DNA of 43,136 nucleotides from Chloroflexota bacterium. Its GTDB lineage: Bacteria; Chloroflexota; Dehalococcoidia; GIF9; AB-539-J10. How positions within the stretch are numbered: position 1 is the stretch's first letter; every line of letters begins with the position of its first letter. Of this stretch, positions 8,547 through 16,116 are shown in pieces. The translations under genes and the position numbers were made by a program. Under the pieces are notes generated by a model. It saw nothing but the letters and a program-made list of their open reading frames with translations, searched no databases and was not told the origin of the DNA. Location: assembly GCA_030611015.1 (NCBI GenBank), contig JAUWQP010000002.1:1-43136 (forward strand). Reading direction: 5' to 3'.

Positions 8547-8888
8547 TTGAATACTTCTATTCCCAGCCTGCTTATCACTTCCATCAGCAAAGCCGCAGCC
8601 AATGCTACTATCTCACCGGGTACACTTCAGCCGTGGGTCAATGACATAAATAGGCGTGTAGCCGAAGAGGGTAAATTCCCCAAGCCAGCCGTAGCCTATA
8701 TACCATTTTCTCCGCCGCCAGTATTCTGGGATTATAAGTGCCGGAAGTGCCGTTTCTGGCAGGGGCCAGACTCCTGCACAGTAGTAGATGGCAAAATATC
8801 GCCGGGGGGTTGGTGCGCTATCTGGTTACCCCCGGACTCTTATAAGCCCTTTACCTGGCCTAATGAGCTTATGAGAGGTGACTGGTAA
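8547..8888 (+). CDS. HiPIP-like Cys-motif protein (possible 4Fe-4S binding)
   Basis: TTG start behind AGGAGGAG. CRKCRFWQGPDSCTVVDGKISPGGWCAIW has C-x2-C-x8-C-x12-C with the GWC hallmark of high-potential iron-sulfur proteins. Confidence 0.5.
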   Translation: MNTSIPSLLITSISKAAANATISPGTLQPWVNDINRRVAEEGKFPKPAVAYIPFSPPPVFWDYKCRKCRFWQGPDSCTVVDGKISPGGWCAIWLPPDSYKPFTWPNELMRGDW

Positions 8889-9874
8889 TGCCTGAACCTA
8901 AGACTTTGGGACGGGTAGATTGGATGCCCCGCTTGAAAATCTGGCGTGTTATCCGGTATAAAGGCGCAGCCGATATTCCGGCAGGCGATTATCCTACAAA
9001 GAAAGAAGCGGAAGATGCTTTGCGAGAACTTGTAGCTAGAGGCAATCCGGGCGATATAAAGGTCACTCCAGAGGTTACGATGATCTCAGCGAAGCTGGCA
9101 ACAATTGACTTACCTAATGTAAAGGTTTCTGGCAGTTACGCTACCGGAAGTGCTACACCAAAGAGCGATATAGATTTACTCATTGGTATCTCTAATGCTG
9201 AATGGGATAAAGTAACTTTGTATGATTTTCCAGATACAATAAAGAAATTGTATAGCACTTTACCAGAAGATAAGATGACTATTCATCTTTACAAATTGTC
9301 AGAGCCCAATAAATTGTGGCATTTCCAGAGACCTAGAGTAGAAGGAGGCAAACATTTTTCAGGTGTATTCCTTCCAGTGGATTATTCACAGGAAATGACA
9401 CAGGGATTGTGGGATAAGGCAATCAAACCTACTCTAATCCCCAAAGCCAGTGGTAATCCAGAGGTAGTTCTAAACCGAGATAGACGACTCTCAAGAGTTT
9501 CTTACAATGATGCCTATCAAGCTTGGGATGTAGGTATATTTATAAAAGAACCAAGGTATGGTGGCGGTTTTAAGTATGGGAGTAGAGTCCTTAGGAGATC
9601 CTTTGACACCAAAGATACGGCTCAGGCTTGGGTGGATGAGTTTATGAGTCTGGAGTATGGCGAAGTACCAAAAGAGGCCACAGGAGGTAATCCAATGCCA
9701 AAGACAGAAACACAGAGAATAGCATTCCACGAGCGGATATTCGGCAAGGGGTCAATACCGCCCCTTGAGAGGCTAAGGAGAGGGCAAACAGCTAACGAGC
9801 TTATGCCAATGTCGCCAGAAGAGGGACCTCCGTTGCCTAGAGCATTGGGTATTCGCTGGTTTTGGAAAAAATGA
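8888..9874 (+). CDS. Pol-beta-superfamily nucleotidyltransferase-domain protein with C-terminal PPLPRALGIRWFWKK
   Basis: VSGSYATGSATPKSDIDLLIGI fits the GS-x10-D-x-D NTase motif. TAATG overlap with the upstream gene. Confidence 0.65.
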   Translation: MPEPKTLGRVDWMPRLKIWRVIRYKGAADIPAGDYPTKKEAEDALRELVARGNPGDIKVTPEVTMISAKLATIDLPNVKVSGSYATGSATPKSDIDLLIGISNAEWDKVTLYDFPDTIKKLYSTLPEDKMTIHLYKLSEPNKLWHFQRPRVEGGKHFSGVFLPVDYSQEMTQGLWDKAIKPTLIPKASGNPEVVLNRDRRLSRVSYNDAYQAWDVGIFIKEPRYGGGFKYGSRVLRRSFDTKDTAQAWVDEFMSLEYGEVPKEATGGNPMPKTETQRIAFHERIFGKGSIPPLERLRRGQTANELMPMSPEEGPPLPRALGIRWFWKK

Positions 9875-9881
9875 AGTGCTT
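9857..9881. repeat. left copy of the direct repeat flanking the endonuclease gene (TGGTTTTGGAAAAAATGAAGTGCTT)
   Basis: About 21 of 25 positions match 10764-10787, with one 1-nt indel. It spans the stop of 8888..9874 and the start of 9876..10781. Confidence 0.6.
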
Positions 9882-10781
9882 ATTGAGATATTGCCAAGGA
9901 TAATTGAACTCTACTTTAAACAGGAATATTCAATTAAACAAGTAGCGATAACTTTAGGCACTTCTGAAACCTCCACACAACGTATTCTTAAAAAAGCAGG
10001 TTATAAGCTAAGAAGTCCTAGTGAAGCTACGAAGTTAGCCTTTAATAAAGGAAGAGCTATCCGTAATCATAGCCCCAAGACATTAGAGCATAAGAGAAAG
10101 CTATCTGTAGCACAAACCCAATACTTATTTGAACACGACCATCAATTTCTAGGCAGGCATCATAGTACAGCAACAAAAACAAAATTAAAGAGGCGGCAGG
10201 TATCCCTTGAAACTAGAGTTAAATTAAGTGCTAGTTGTAAAGATAGGCCAAGTTCTATGCTCGGTAAGCACCACTCAGAAGAATCTAAAACCAAAATGAG
10301 CCAGACTAGGAAGAAGATGTATGAAAATCCAACATTTAGAGCTGAGATGCTAAAAGTTTTGAAGGAGTGGAGTTCTCGCCCAGAGGTAATTGAAAAACGC
10401 AAACTTGCCATGGCTAGGCGTGTCAGAGATCCTATAGAACTAAGCAAGATGCTGAGTAGCCGGAGGCCAACGGATTTAGAAGCAAAATTGCTTGCTGTAA
10501 TAGAGAAATACCACTTACCCTATAAATATACTGGTGATGGAAGCTTTCTTATTGGCAGACTGAATCCTGATTTTGTTAATACCAACAGTGAGAAGATAGC
10601 CATTGAGGTTTTTGGGGGACACTGGCATCAGGATAAAACTGACTCTATACGAAGTGAGGATGGTAGAAGGAAGATTTTAAGGGAATACGGATGGGAACTT
10701 GTTGTTATCTGGGGTGATGAACTAAAATCAATGCTAGAAGAGGCAATAGTTGAGAAAATAAGGTGGCCTTGGAAAAAGTGA
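9876..10781 (+). CDS. free-standing homing-endonuclease-like protein (HTH + NUMOD3 repeats + Vsr/DUF559-like PD-(D/E)xK domain)
   Basis: Repeated GRHHS..TK.K / GKHHSEESKTKMS NUMOD3-type motifs. The C-terminus NPDF...IAIEVFGGHWH...ELVVIW resembles Vsr/DUF559 nuclease folds. Confidence 0.65.
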   Translation: MLIEILPRIIELYFKQEYSIKQVAITLGTSETSTQRILKKAGYKLRSPSEATKLAFNKGRAIRNHSPKTLEHKRKLSVAQTQYLFEHDHQFLGRHHSTATKTKLKRRQVSLETRVKLSASCKDRPSSMLGKHHSEESKTKMSQTRKKMYENPTFRAEMLKVLKEWSSRPEVIEKRKLAMARRVRDPIELSKMLSSRRPTDLEAKLLAVIEKYHLPYKYTGDGSFLIGRLNPDFVNTNSEKIAIEVFGGHWHQDKTDSIRSEDGRRKILREYGWELVVIWGDELKSMLEEAIVEKIRWPWKK

Positions 10782-10787
10782 ATGCTT
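10764..10787. repeat. right copy of the direct repeat flanking the endonuclease gene (TGGCCTTGGAAAAAGTGAATGCTT)
   Basis: Matches 9857-9881. It spans the stop of the endonuclease gene and the start of 10782..11147. Confidence 0.6.
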
Positions 10788-11147
10788 CTGCTACGAGAAG
10801 TCGACAAACCAAAGAGCCTGGGTGAGAAGATATCGGAGTACCTTGCCAGACCTCCTCAGCCTATTCTCAAGTTTTATGGTGATTTCAGCACTGAGCTGGC
10901 CAATGGCAAGAAGTACCTGCTCTTTGCGGTAAGAAACGGGTTACCCCTCCCCCTCGTCTACGGAATATACATCAAGGCTTCTTATGACTCCCTCACCGAC
11001 TACATTGAAAAAACCGACCATATCGGTCCGTTCAGCACTGATAACTGGAGGCTGACTCTTGACACCACCGCCCCCGCTGTGATAGAAATTAGAGTAGGGC
11101 TAGTCCCCTTTGAAATTATGACCGATAGGACTAAAATTGCTATTTAG
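10782..11147 (+). CDS. hypothetical protein (121 aa)
   Basis: The ATG abuts the upstream TGA. No motif recognised. Confidence 0.55.
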   Translation: MLLLREVDKPKSLGEKISEYLARPPQPILKFYGDFSTELANGKKYLLFAVRNGLPLPLVYGIYIKASYDSLTDYIEKTDHIGPFSTDNWRLTLDTTAPAVIEIRVGLVPFEIMTDRTKIAI

Positions 11148-11159
11148 GGGGTAAGATAA

Positions 11160-11378
11160 ATGGGGCTAATTCATTCGACAGAGGAGTTAAAAGGATGGCC
11201 CGAGGAGAAGCTATCAACCGTAGATAAAGCTAGAGTTGCACTAGGTAATGTCATCGAAGACCCAAAGTATCTTATCCGAGGGGACCCTATACCCACAATT
11301 ATATTTGGACCACCAATATTGCTAGTTGGAGCTGTAGCGGAGCTTGCATCTCGTGGCATAAGGGAGGTTCTCGGATGA
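11160..11378 (+). CDS. hypothetical small protein with a hydrophobic C-terminal segment
   Basis: ATG behind GGGGGTAAG. ATGA overlap with the next gene. Confidence 0.5.
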   Translation: MGLIHSTEELKGWPEEKLSTVDKARVALGNVIEDPKYLIRGDPIPTIIFGPPILLVGAVAELASRGIREVLG

Positions 11379-11740
11379 TTAAGTTACCTAAACTACCAGG
11401 GCAAAAGGAGTCCCCGAAACTATGGCCTCCAACGTTTCCTGAGACCACCATTCCTACGCCCTTTGGTTCTGTTTCCCTTCCTGAGTATAAACTAGGGCTA
11501 CCCAAATTGCCTTCTCTTGATAGCAGAACCCGAAGTGCTATGCTCCATGCCATCGCTATTGATGCCTCAATGTTGCCTGGAACGATTCCCTTGGTGGGGG
11601 ATGTGGTTGCTGATGTGGTAGAAGACTTGCACGCTGCTGAATTGCGGAAAATACTCACCTCCGAACAGTACGATCGGTTTTTAATTGAAGACAAGGTAGC
11701 CCCAGCGACAATAGCCATGATGCGGGCACTGACAAAATAG
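11375..11740 (+). CDS. hypothetical Pro-rich protein (121 aa)
   Basis: Coupled start (ATGA overlap). LPKLP repeats. Confidence 0.5.
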   Translation: MIKLPKLPGQKESPKLWPPTFPETTIPTPFGSVSLPEYKLGLPKLPSLDSRTRSAMLHAIAIDASMLPGTIPLVGDVVADVVEDLHAAELRKILTSEQYDRFLIEDKVAPATIAMMRALTK

Positions 11741-11776
11741 TCTGCTTGGGTAAAAATCTAAAGAGAGGTAGTTGAA

Positions 11777-12289
11777 ATGCCAGAGCTTGAAATAGATAAT
11801 TTAAAGTTAGAAGATTTCTGGCCAATGTTACCTAATATGGGGCCACCCTTACCACGATTCCTTAATATTTATTGGCCGTGGTATAAAAAGATATATGGGT
11901 TAGCCCAGACCTGCATTGAGGACCCGACAGGTTTCCCAGTTACAATTGACCCCAGCGTTGACCCAAGAAGTGATAAAATCAAAGCTGGGAAGCCAGTAAC
12001 ACTGTGGCAATATCTGCATAATGTCTCAGGAGAGCCAATGCCTTCATGGTCAATAACCATGTCAGTTACTTACCCTGATGGAACAATATTTGACCTTACT
12101 GAGGTTAGAAGAGATATATCAGCTGGTGAGGAATGGGGTTATACCGTATTTTCTCCTTTTATCCCCACCTTCGAGGATATTTACTCGGGAGATATCACAA
12201 AGCGCACTTACACTGTTAACGTTCAATTACTAATCGAGGGGCAGGTAGCAGATGAGCTCTCTCTCAAGCTACTAGCCCAAGTACCCTAA
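11777..12289 (+). CDS. hypothetical protein with N-terminal GPPLPRFLNIYWPWYKK motif
   Basis: ATG behind GAGAGGTAG. The full PLPR..W.WKK motif is at aa 21-38. Confidence 0.6.
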   Translation: MPELEIDNLKLEDFWPMLPNMGPPLPRFLNIYWPWYKKIYGLAQTCIEDPTGFPVTIDPSVDPRSDKIKAGKPVTLWQYLHNVSGEPMPSWSITMSVTYPDGTIFDLTEVRRDISAGEEWGYTVFSPFIPTFEDIYSGDITKRTYTVNVQLLIEGQVADELSLKLLAQVP

Positions 12290-12302
12290 GGAGAATGGTA
12301 GC

Positions 12303-12722
12303 ATGGCAGAACTTGAAGAGCTGGTAAAGATAGAGATAACCAAGCCCCTGCCTGAGATTGGCGGCATCGGTGTAACCTACAAGATTGAGGGCACGGTCAA
12401 GATGTTTGACGTCGTTGGTGCTCCCCCCTGGGTCTATGCCGAGGTGAGACGGAAGGAGTGGTGGAAGCCAGAAATCATTGAAGAGGTCAGCTATGAAAGA
12501 GGCTTCCCCATACCAGTAACCGGAAGCTTCAGCATCAATTTCAAGCCCGAAAAGGAAAGCGATTACGAAGTTACTGTTGTCGCAACACCTGCGCCGCTGT
12601 CTCTCCCCGTCGTTGGTGTGTTCCCAATCACCGGCAAAAGCGCTATGATGAAAGTAAAGGTAGAGAAATTGACTGAAGAGTTTACTAATCTTAAAATCGT
12701 ATCATACGCTAAAGTAGCGTAG
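12303..12722 (+). CDS. paralogue 1 of a tandem beta-rich protein family (C-terminus NLKIVSYAKVA)
   Basis: Shares its C-terminal peptide with 12735..13142. SD AAGGAG. Confidence 0.6.
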   Translation: MAELEELVKIEITKPLPEIGGIGVTYKIEGTVKMFDVVGAPPWVYAEVRRKEWWKPEIIEEVSYERGFPIPVTGSFSINFKPEKESDYEVTVVATPAPLSLPVVGVFPITGKSAMMKVKVEKLTEEFTNLKIVSYAKVA

Positions 12723-12734
12723 CCGGAGGTTAAA

Positions 12735-13142
12735 ATGGCAGTACGAGAAGTAAAGCTAGCACAGCTACCGGAGGTAATAACAGTAAGCCCAGGCGATACC
12801 ATACTTGTAAACAGTTCATTTAACTATATTGGGCCACCAGTTGACCTAGACCTCTACACCGCGATATGGAAGAAGGGTCTGATAGACCCACATGTTCCGA
12901 TCGCCAGTGGCAAAAGAGCATTTAGTATACCCGAAACTGTTCCTCCTCCGGGGATGAATTATACTTTTGGTGTCGAGATGGAAGTGCCTTTAGGAGAGGG
13001 TGGCTTCTTTGGTCTCTTTACCAGGATTTCGTCTATCCCTGGACCGGACATATTCTCCCCTTACTACGAAAATCTTATAGAGATTGTTGGTGCAGTGCCC
13101 GCATTTAGCAATCTGGAAATTGTAAGCTATGCTAAGGTTTAG
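12735..13142 (+). CDS. paralogue 2 of the tandem family (PGPDIFSPYYENLIEIV...NLEIVSYAKV)
   Basis: Clear similarity to 13143..13820 at the N-terminus (KLAQLPEVI / NLAIPPEVL; F.YIGP) and at GPDIFSP.YEN.IEIV. Its C-terminus is shared with 12303..12722. Confidence 0.65.
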   Translation: MAVREVKLAQLPEVITVSPGDTILVNSSFNYIGPPVDLDLYTAIWKKGLIDPHVPIASGKRAFSIPETVPPPGMNYTFGVEMEVPLGEGGFFGLFTRISSIPGPDIFSPYYENLIEIVGAVPAFSNLEIVSYAKV

Positions 13143-13820
13143 GTGGTGACAATTAAAGAGCTTAATCTAGCTATCCCACCAGAGGTATTAAAACTCAAGG
13201 TGGGTGAGATTTGTCGGATTTTAGTCTACTTTGACTATATAGGGCCAGCTATCTCGGGAAAGCTCTATGCTGCCATAGGCAGAGTGGGAATACTTGGCTT
13301 TGACGAGATTGTCAATGCGTCTTCGGATCTCAACGTTCCCGCTACAGCTACTAAAACAAAATATCAGGCACCTGTTAACATTTACATTTCATCAGCGATG
13401 AAAGTAGCTTCTGACTATGATATGTATGCCAAGATAATAGGTATTACCGGGCCTGATATCTTTTCTCCAACCTATGAGAACATTATAGAGATTGTTAGTC
13501 CACTCGCAGTCGAAGTCAAGCTTAAGAACGCACCTACTGCGGGTGAGCAGTGGTATCTCATGATTAGCGACCAAGCTAGGACACAAACTAGAATCGTTAC
13601 TGATGTCCCCATAACTCAGGCAATCACATTTGATAATGTGCCCCAAGACTGGCTTCCTCTGCCATTCTACATATTGATTTACAAGGCCGTAACAAGAGAA
13701 ACTGTAGCCATATATCAGTCCTGGGACTCTACTTTTGCTGGTTACATAAAAGGAGTCTATATTCCTTCCTTCGGGTCATACTACTTCAATTGCTCGACTA
13801 AACTGTTTGAGAAAATATAA
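13143..13820 (+). CDS. paralogue 3 of the tandem family with an extra C-terminal domain
   Basis: GTG start right after the upstream TAG. TGPDIFSPTYENIIEIV matches paralogue 2. Confidence 0.65.
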   Translation: MVTIKELNLAIPPEVLKLKVGEICRILVYFDYIGPAISGKLYAAIGRVGILGFDEIVNASSDLNVPATATKTKYQAPVNIYISSAMKVASDYDMYAKIIGITGPDIFSPTYENIIEIVSPLAVEVKLKNAPTAGEQWYLMISDQARTQTRIVTDVPITQAITFDNVPQDWLPLPFYILIYKAVTRETVAIYQSWDSTFAGYIKGVYIPSFGSYYFNCSTKLFEKI

Positions 13821-13839
13821 ACTGAGGCGGTGAGTAATC

Positions 13840-14106
13840 TTGGCTAGTTCGAAAGAATGGTGGCAGCAATATCAAGAAGCATTACGCCGTGGCGATAAGG
13901 CAGCGGCCGCTGATGCTTTTAAGAGCTATTTGGAAGCTAAAAAGGCTGAGGGGAAAGGTGGCTCTAAACCAACTCTAGTTAATTTGAGCAGCAAAGCTAA
14001 AGATTACCCGAATGCTGTGCCTTTGGAGGATATCCCTCGCCTTATGCAAGAGAAACCTGAGTTTTTTGACCTGATGAAACGCGTGGTGACCAAGGAGAAG
14101 AGCTAG
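13840..14106 (+). CDS. hypothetical small charged protein (88 aa)
   Basis: TTG start about 9 nt after GAGGCGG. No alternative in-frame ATG near the start. Confidence 0.45.
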   Translation: MASSKEWWQQYQEALRRGDKAAAADAFKSYLEAKKAEGKGGSKPTLVNLSSKAKDYPNAVPLEDIPRLMQEKPEFFDLMKRVVTKEKS

Positions 14107-14222
14107 TGCCTAGACGTGCTACTAGAACCAGTTTTAGGAAAGGACAGCCTAGTGCTTTTAAAGGTAGGCGCCATAAAGTGAAATTACCGATAAAATACGG
14201 CAGTTCTTTAGGAGGTGATTAA
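14106..14222 (+). CDS. possible 38-aa highly basic peptide (VPRRATRTSFRKGQPSAFKGRRHKVKL...)
   Basis: GTG overlaps the upstream TAG (TAGTG) with AAGGAG 9 nt upstream. Below the ORF-track size cut-off, so speculative. Confidence 0.25.
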   Translation: MPRRATRTSFRKGQPSAFKGRRHKVKLPIKYGSSLGGD

Positions 14223-16038
14223 AATTCCCGTTACTCTAGCGCTTGCGGATTTCGATTTGCCTACCAGATCGGCCAGCGGCTTCTGCTTAAGATACATCGC
14301 TCCCAGAGTTGAGCCATTCCAGCTTTTTGGTATGCTGGTGCGTCGGTTACCGTTCCAGCTGACAGCCCCCCAATCAGACATAATCATTGGGGTTGGCCAT
14401 GGTAGCGAGTGCTACTCCGAGGATACTGAAATCTTAACAGATAATGGCTGGAAACTATTCCCCGAACTTAGTGCTAATGAGCGAGTTGCTACTCTTAACC
14501 CAGAAACAAACGGGTTAGAATACCAAACAATAAAAAGGCAATTTAAGTATCCTTATAAAGGAAAAATGTTTTATCAAAACGGTGCTGTAGATTTGCTCGT
14601 TACACCTAACCACAATCTCTACTGTAGTTGGATGGTGCATGATGGCAAATATAGACCTTTTACCTTAATAAAGCCAGAGGATTTAGACAATGGTCTCGCC
14701 AGAAGCCCAGAAAATGGTCAATTTATATCTACAGGTAAAACCAAGTCAAGGCTGAAGTACAAAAGAGATGCAAAATGGTTTGGGGAAGATAGAGAATTCT
14801 TTATTCTGCCATCCGTTCAGCGCATCTTCGTAAACCAATCCGGTAAATGTGGCTCAAGGGAAATAGAAGCTAAAAGAATATTAATGGATAATTTCTTACG
14901 GTTCTTTGGTATTTGGTTAGCTGAAGGTTGCACATCCCTTGGCAAAGGTAGAAGAAAACGCAAGAACGGGAATATCGGCAGCTACCTATTTTATAGAGTT
15001 ACTATTGCCCAAAACAACGACCAAAAAAGAACATTGATAAAAGGGTGGCTTAAGCCAATAGCCGAAGAGGTCGGTTTTAAGTTCTGGGAACATAAAAACA
15101 AACATTCCCAAGGTTTTGAATTTAGGAATAAACAGCTATTCCAGTATTTAAGACAATTCGGGAAAGCTAAAAAGAAATACATGCCAAAAGATATAAAAGC
15201 CCTGTGCCCAAGGCAGTTGAAGATATTACTTGATGCTATGATAGTTGGAGATGGTTCTGGTAAAACCTATTCTACCTCATCAAAAAAGCTTGCAGATGAT
15301 GTTCAAGAGATAGCATTAAAAATAGGTTACGCTGCCTCTGTATATAAAAGCCCTGTGCCCCATAGTGGTTATTCTCCGTATAGCGAAATGTATCTCGTTA
15401 ATATTTGTGATGGTCCCCAAAGAGAACCTCTGTGTATGAAGAGCAAAAGGGGCTATGTTGATTATGAAGGCTATGTTTATTCAGTAGAAGTTCCTGAATA
15501 CCATACCTTATATGTGAGGAGGAATGGCAAACCTTGTTGGAGTGGCAATTCAACTTTTACCGGGCAAAATGAGGCAGTAATCCTTGAGGTAGGCAAGTAC
15601 GACCCCAAAGAAGTCAAAGGCAAGGTAATAAAACTACTATCATGCCAGACTGGAGTGGAGCTGGGACCTGACTTAATTAAGAATGGGGCAGCTAGCTTCG
15701 CTGGTTACACTGATGATTTTGTGTGGGTCTGTGATTCCGATTTGGCTTCAACGCCATGGGCTGATAAGGAGTTTGCCGGCAAGTGCTTAATGCCTGTTAT
15801 CGATGGGTTGAATGCCCTTCTTGATGGCAAGACAGCCAGGGAGGCATTTGCTATAGAATTAAATGGCTATTCGAGAAACGCCGAGGAGGAGGAGGATGAG
15901 CTGGTAAAAGCCTGTCTTGAGTTTAATCGAGATAACGCCGTGCTGCTGGGTGATGGAGGTGCTTCTATAAAAGCCAGGCCAGCTTTGGCCTTGCCATTCA
16001 AGCTCATTCCTCCGCCGCCAATAGTAATACCCTATTAG
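14215..16038 (+). CDS. intein-containing precursor; the spliced host protein (about 227 aa) is clan-CD (gingipain/caspase-like) cysteine-peptidase-like
   Basis: Extein junction GVGHGSE|C...SGN|STFTGQ, then LLSCQTG 35 residues after the His. This His-Gly...Ser-Cys spacing matches C25-type peptidases. The start codon is uncertain because GTG 14215 abuts the SD. Confidence 0.75.
   Translation: MIKIPVTLALADFDLPTRSASGFCLRYIAPRVEPFQLFGMLVRRLPFQLTAPQSDIIIGVGHGSECYSEDTEILTDNGWKLFPELSANERVATLNPETNGLEYQTIKRQFKYPYKGKMFYQNGAVDLLVTPNHNLYCSWMVHDGKYRPFTLIKPEDLDNGLARSPENGQFISTGKTKSRLKYKRDAKWFGEDREFFILPSVQRIFVNQSGKCGSREIEAKRILMDNFLRFFGIWLAEGCTSLGKGRRKRKNGNIGSYLFYRVTIAQNNDQKRTLIKGWLKPIAEEVGFKFWEHKNKHSQGFEFRNKQLFQYLRQFGKAKKKYMPKDIKALCPRQLKILLDAMIVGDGSGKTYSTSSKKLADDVQEIALKIGYAASVYKSPVPHSGYSPYSEMYLVNICDGPQREPLCMKSKRGYVDYEGYVYSVEVPEYHTLYVRRNGKPCWSGNSTFTGQNEAVILEVGKYDPKEVKGKVIKLLSCQTGVELGPDLIKNGAASFAGYTDDFVWVCDSDLASTPWADKEFAGKCLMPVIDGLNALLDGKTAREAFAIELNGYSRNAEEEEDELVKACLEFNRDNAVLLGDGGASIKARPALALPFKLIPPPPIVIPY
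14410..15549 (+). mobile_element. 380-aa intein with a LAGLIDADG homing endonuclease domain
   Basis: Block A is CYSEDTEILTDNGW. There are two LAGLIDADG motifs (FFGIWLAEGC and LLDAMIVGDGSG). The C-terminal block is VYSVEVPEYHTLYV..NGKPCWSGN followed by +1 Ser. The penultimate residue is Gly rather than His. Confidence 0.85.
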
Positions 16039-16065
16039 TTAGGAGGTGATGCTTTTAGGAAATAC

Positions 16066-16094
16066 TTGACAACATTAAAAAATCGTGTTTTACT
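16066..16094 (+). promoter_or_regulatory. candidate promoter TTGACA-17-TTTACT
   Basis: Perfect -35 at 16066-16071 and a 4/6 -10 at 16089-16094, in an intergenic region upstream of the capsid-candidate cluster. Confidence 0.35.
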
Positions 16095-16116
16095 TGAATT
16101 AGAGGTCAAATCAGAA

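Noticed and set aside
11299-11718. 139-aa minus-strand ORF. The same applies to 16477..16803, 19383..19676, 19896..20255, 12563..12802 and 18378..18662.
   Set aside because: All are antisense to well-supported, translationally coupled plus-strand genes and lack ribosome-binding sites.
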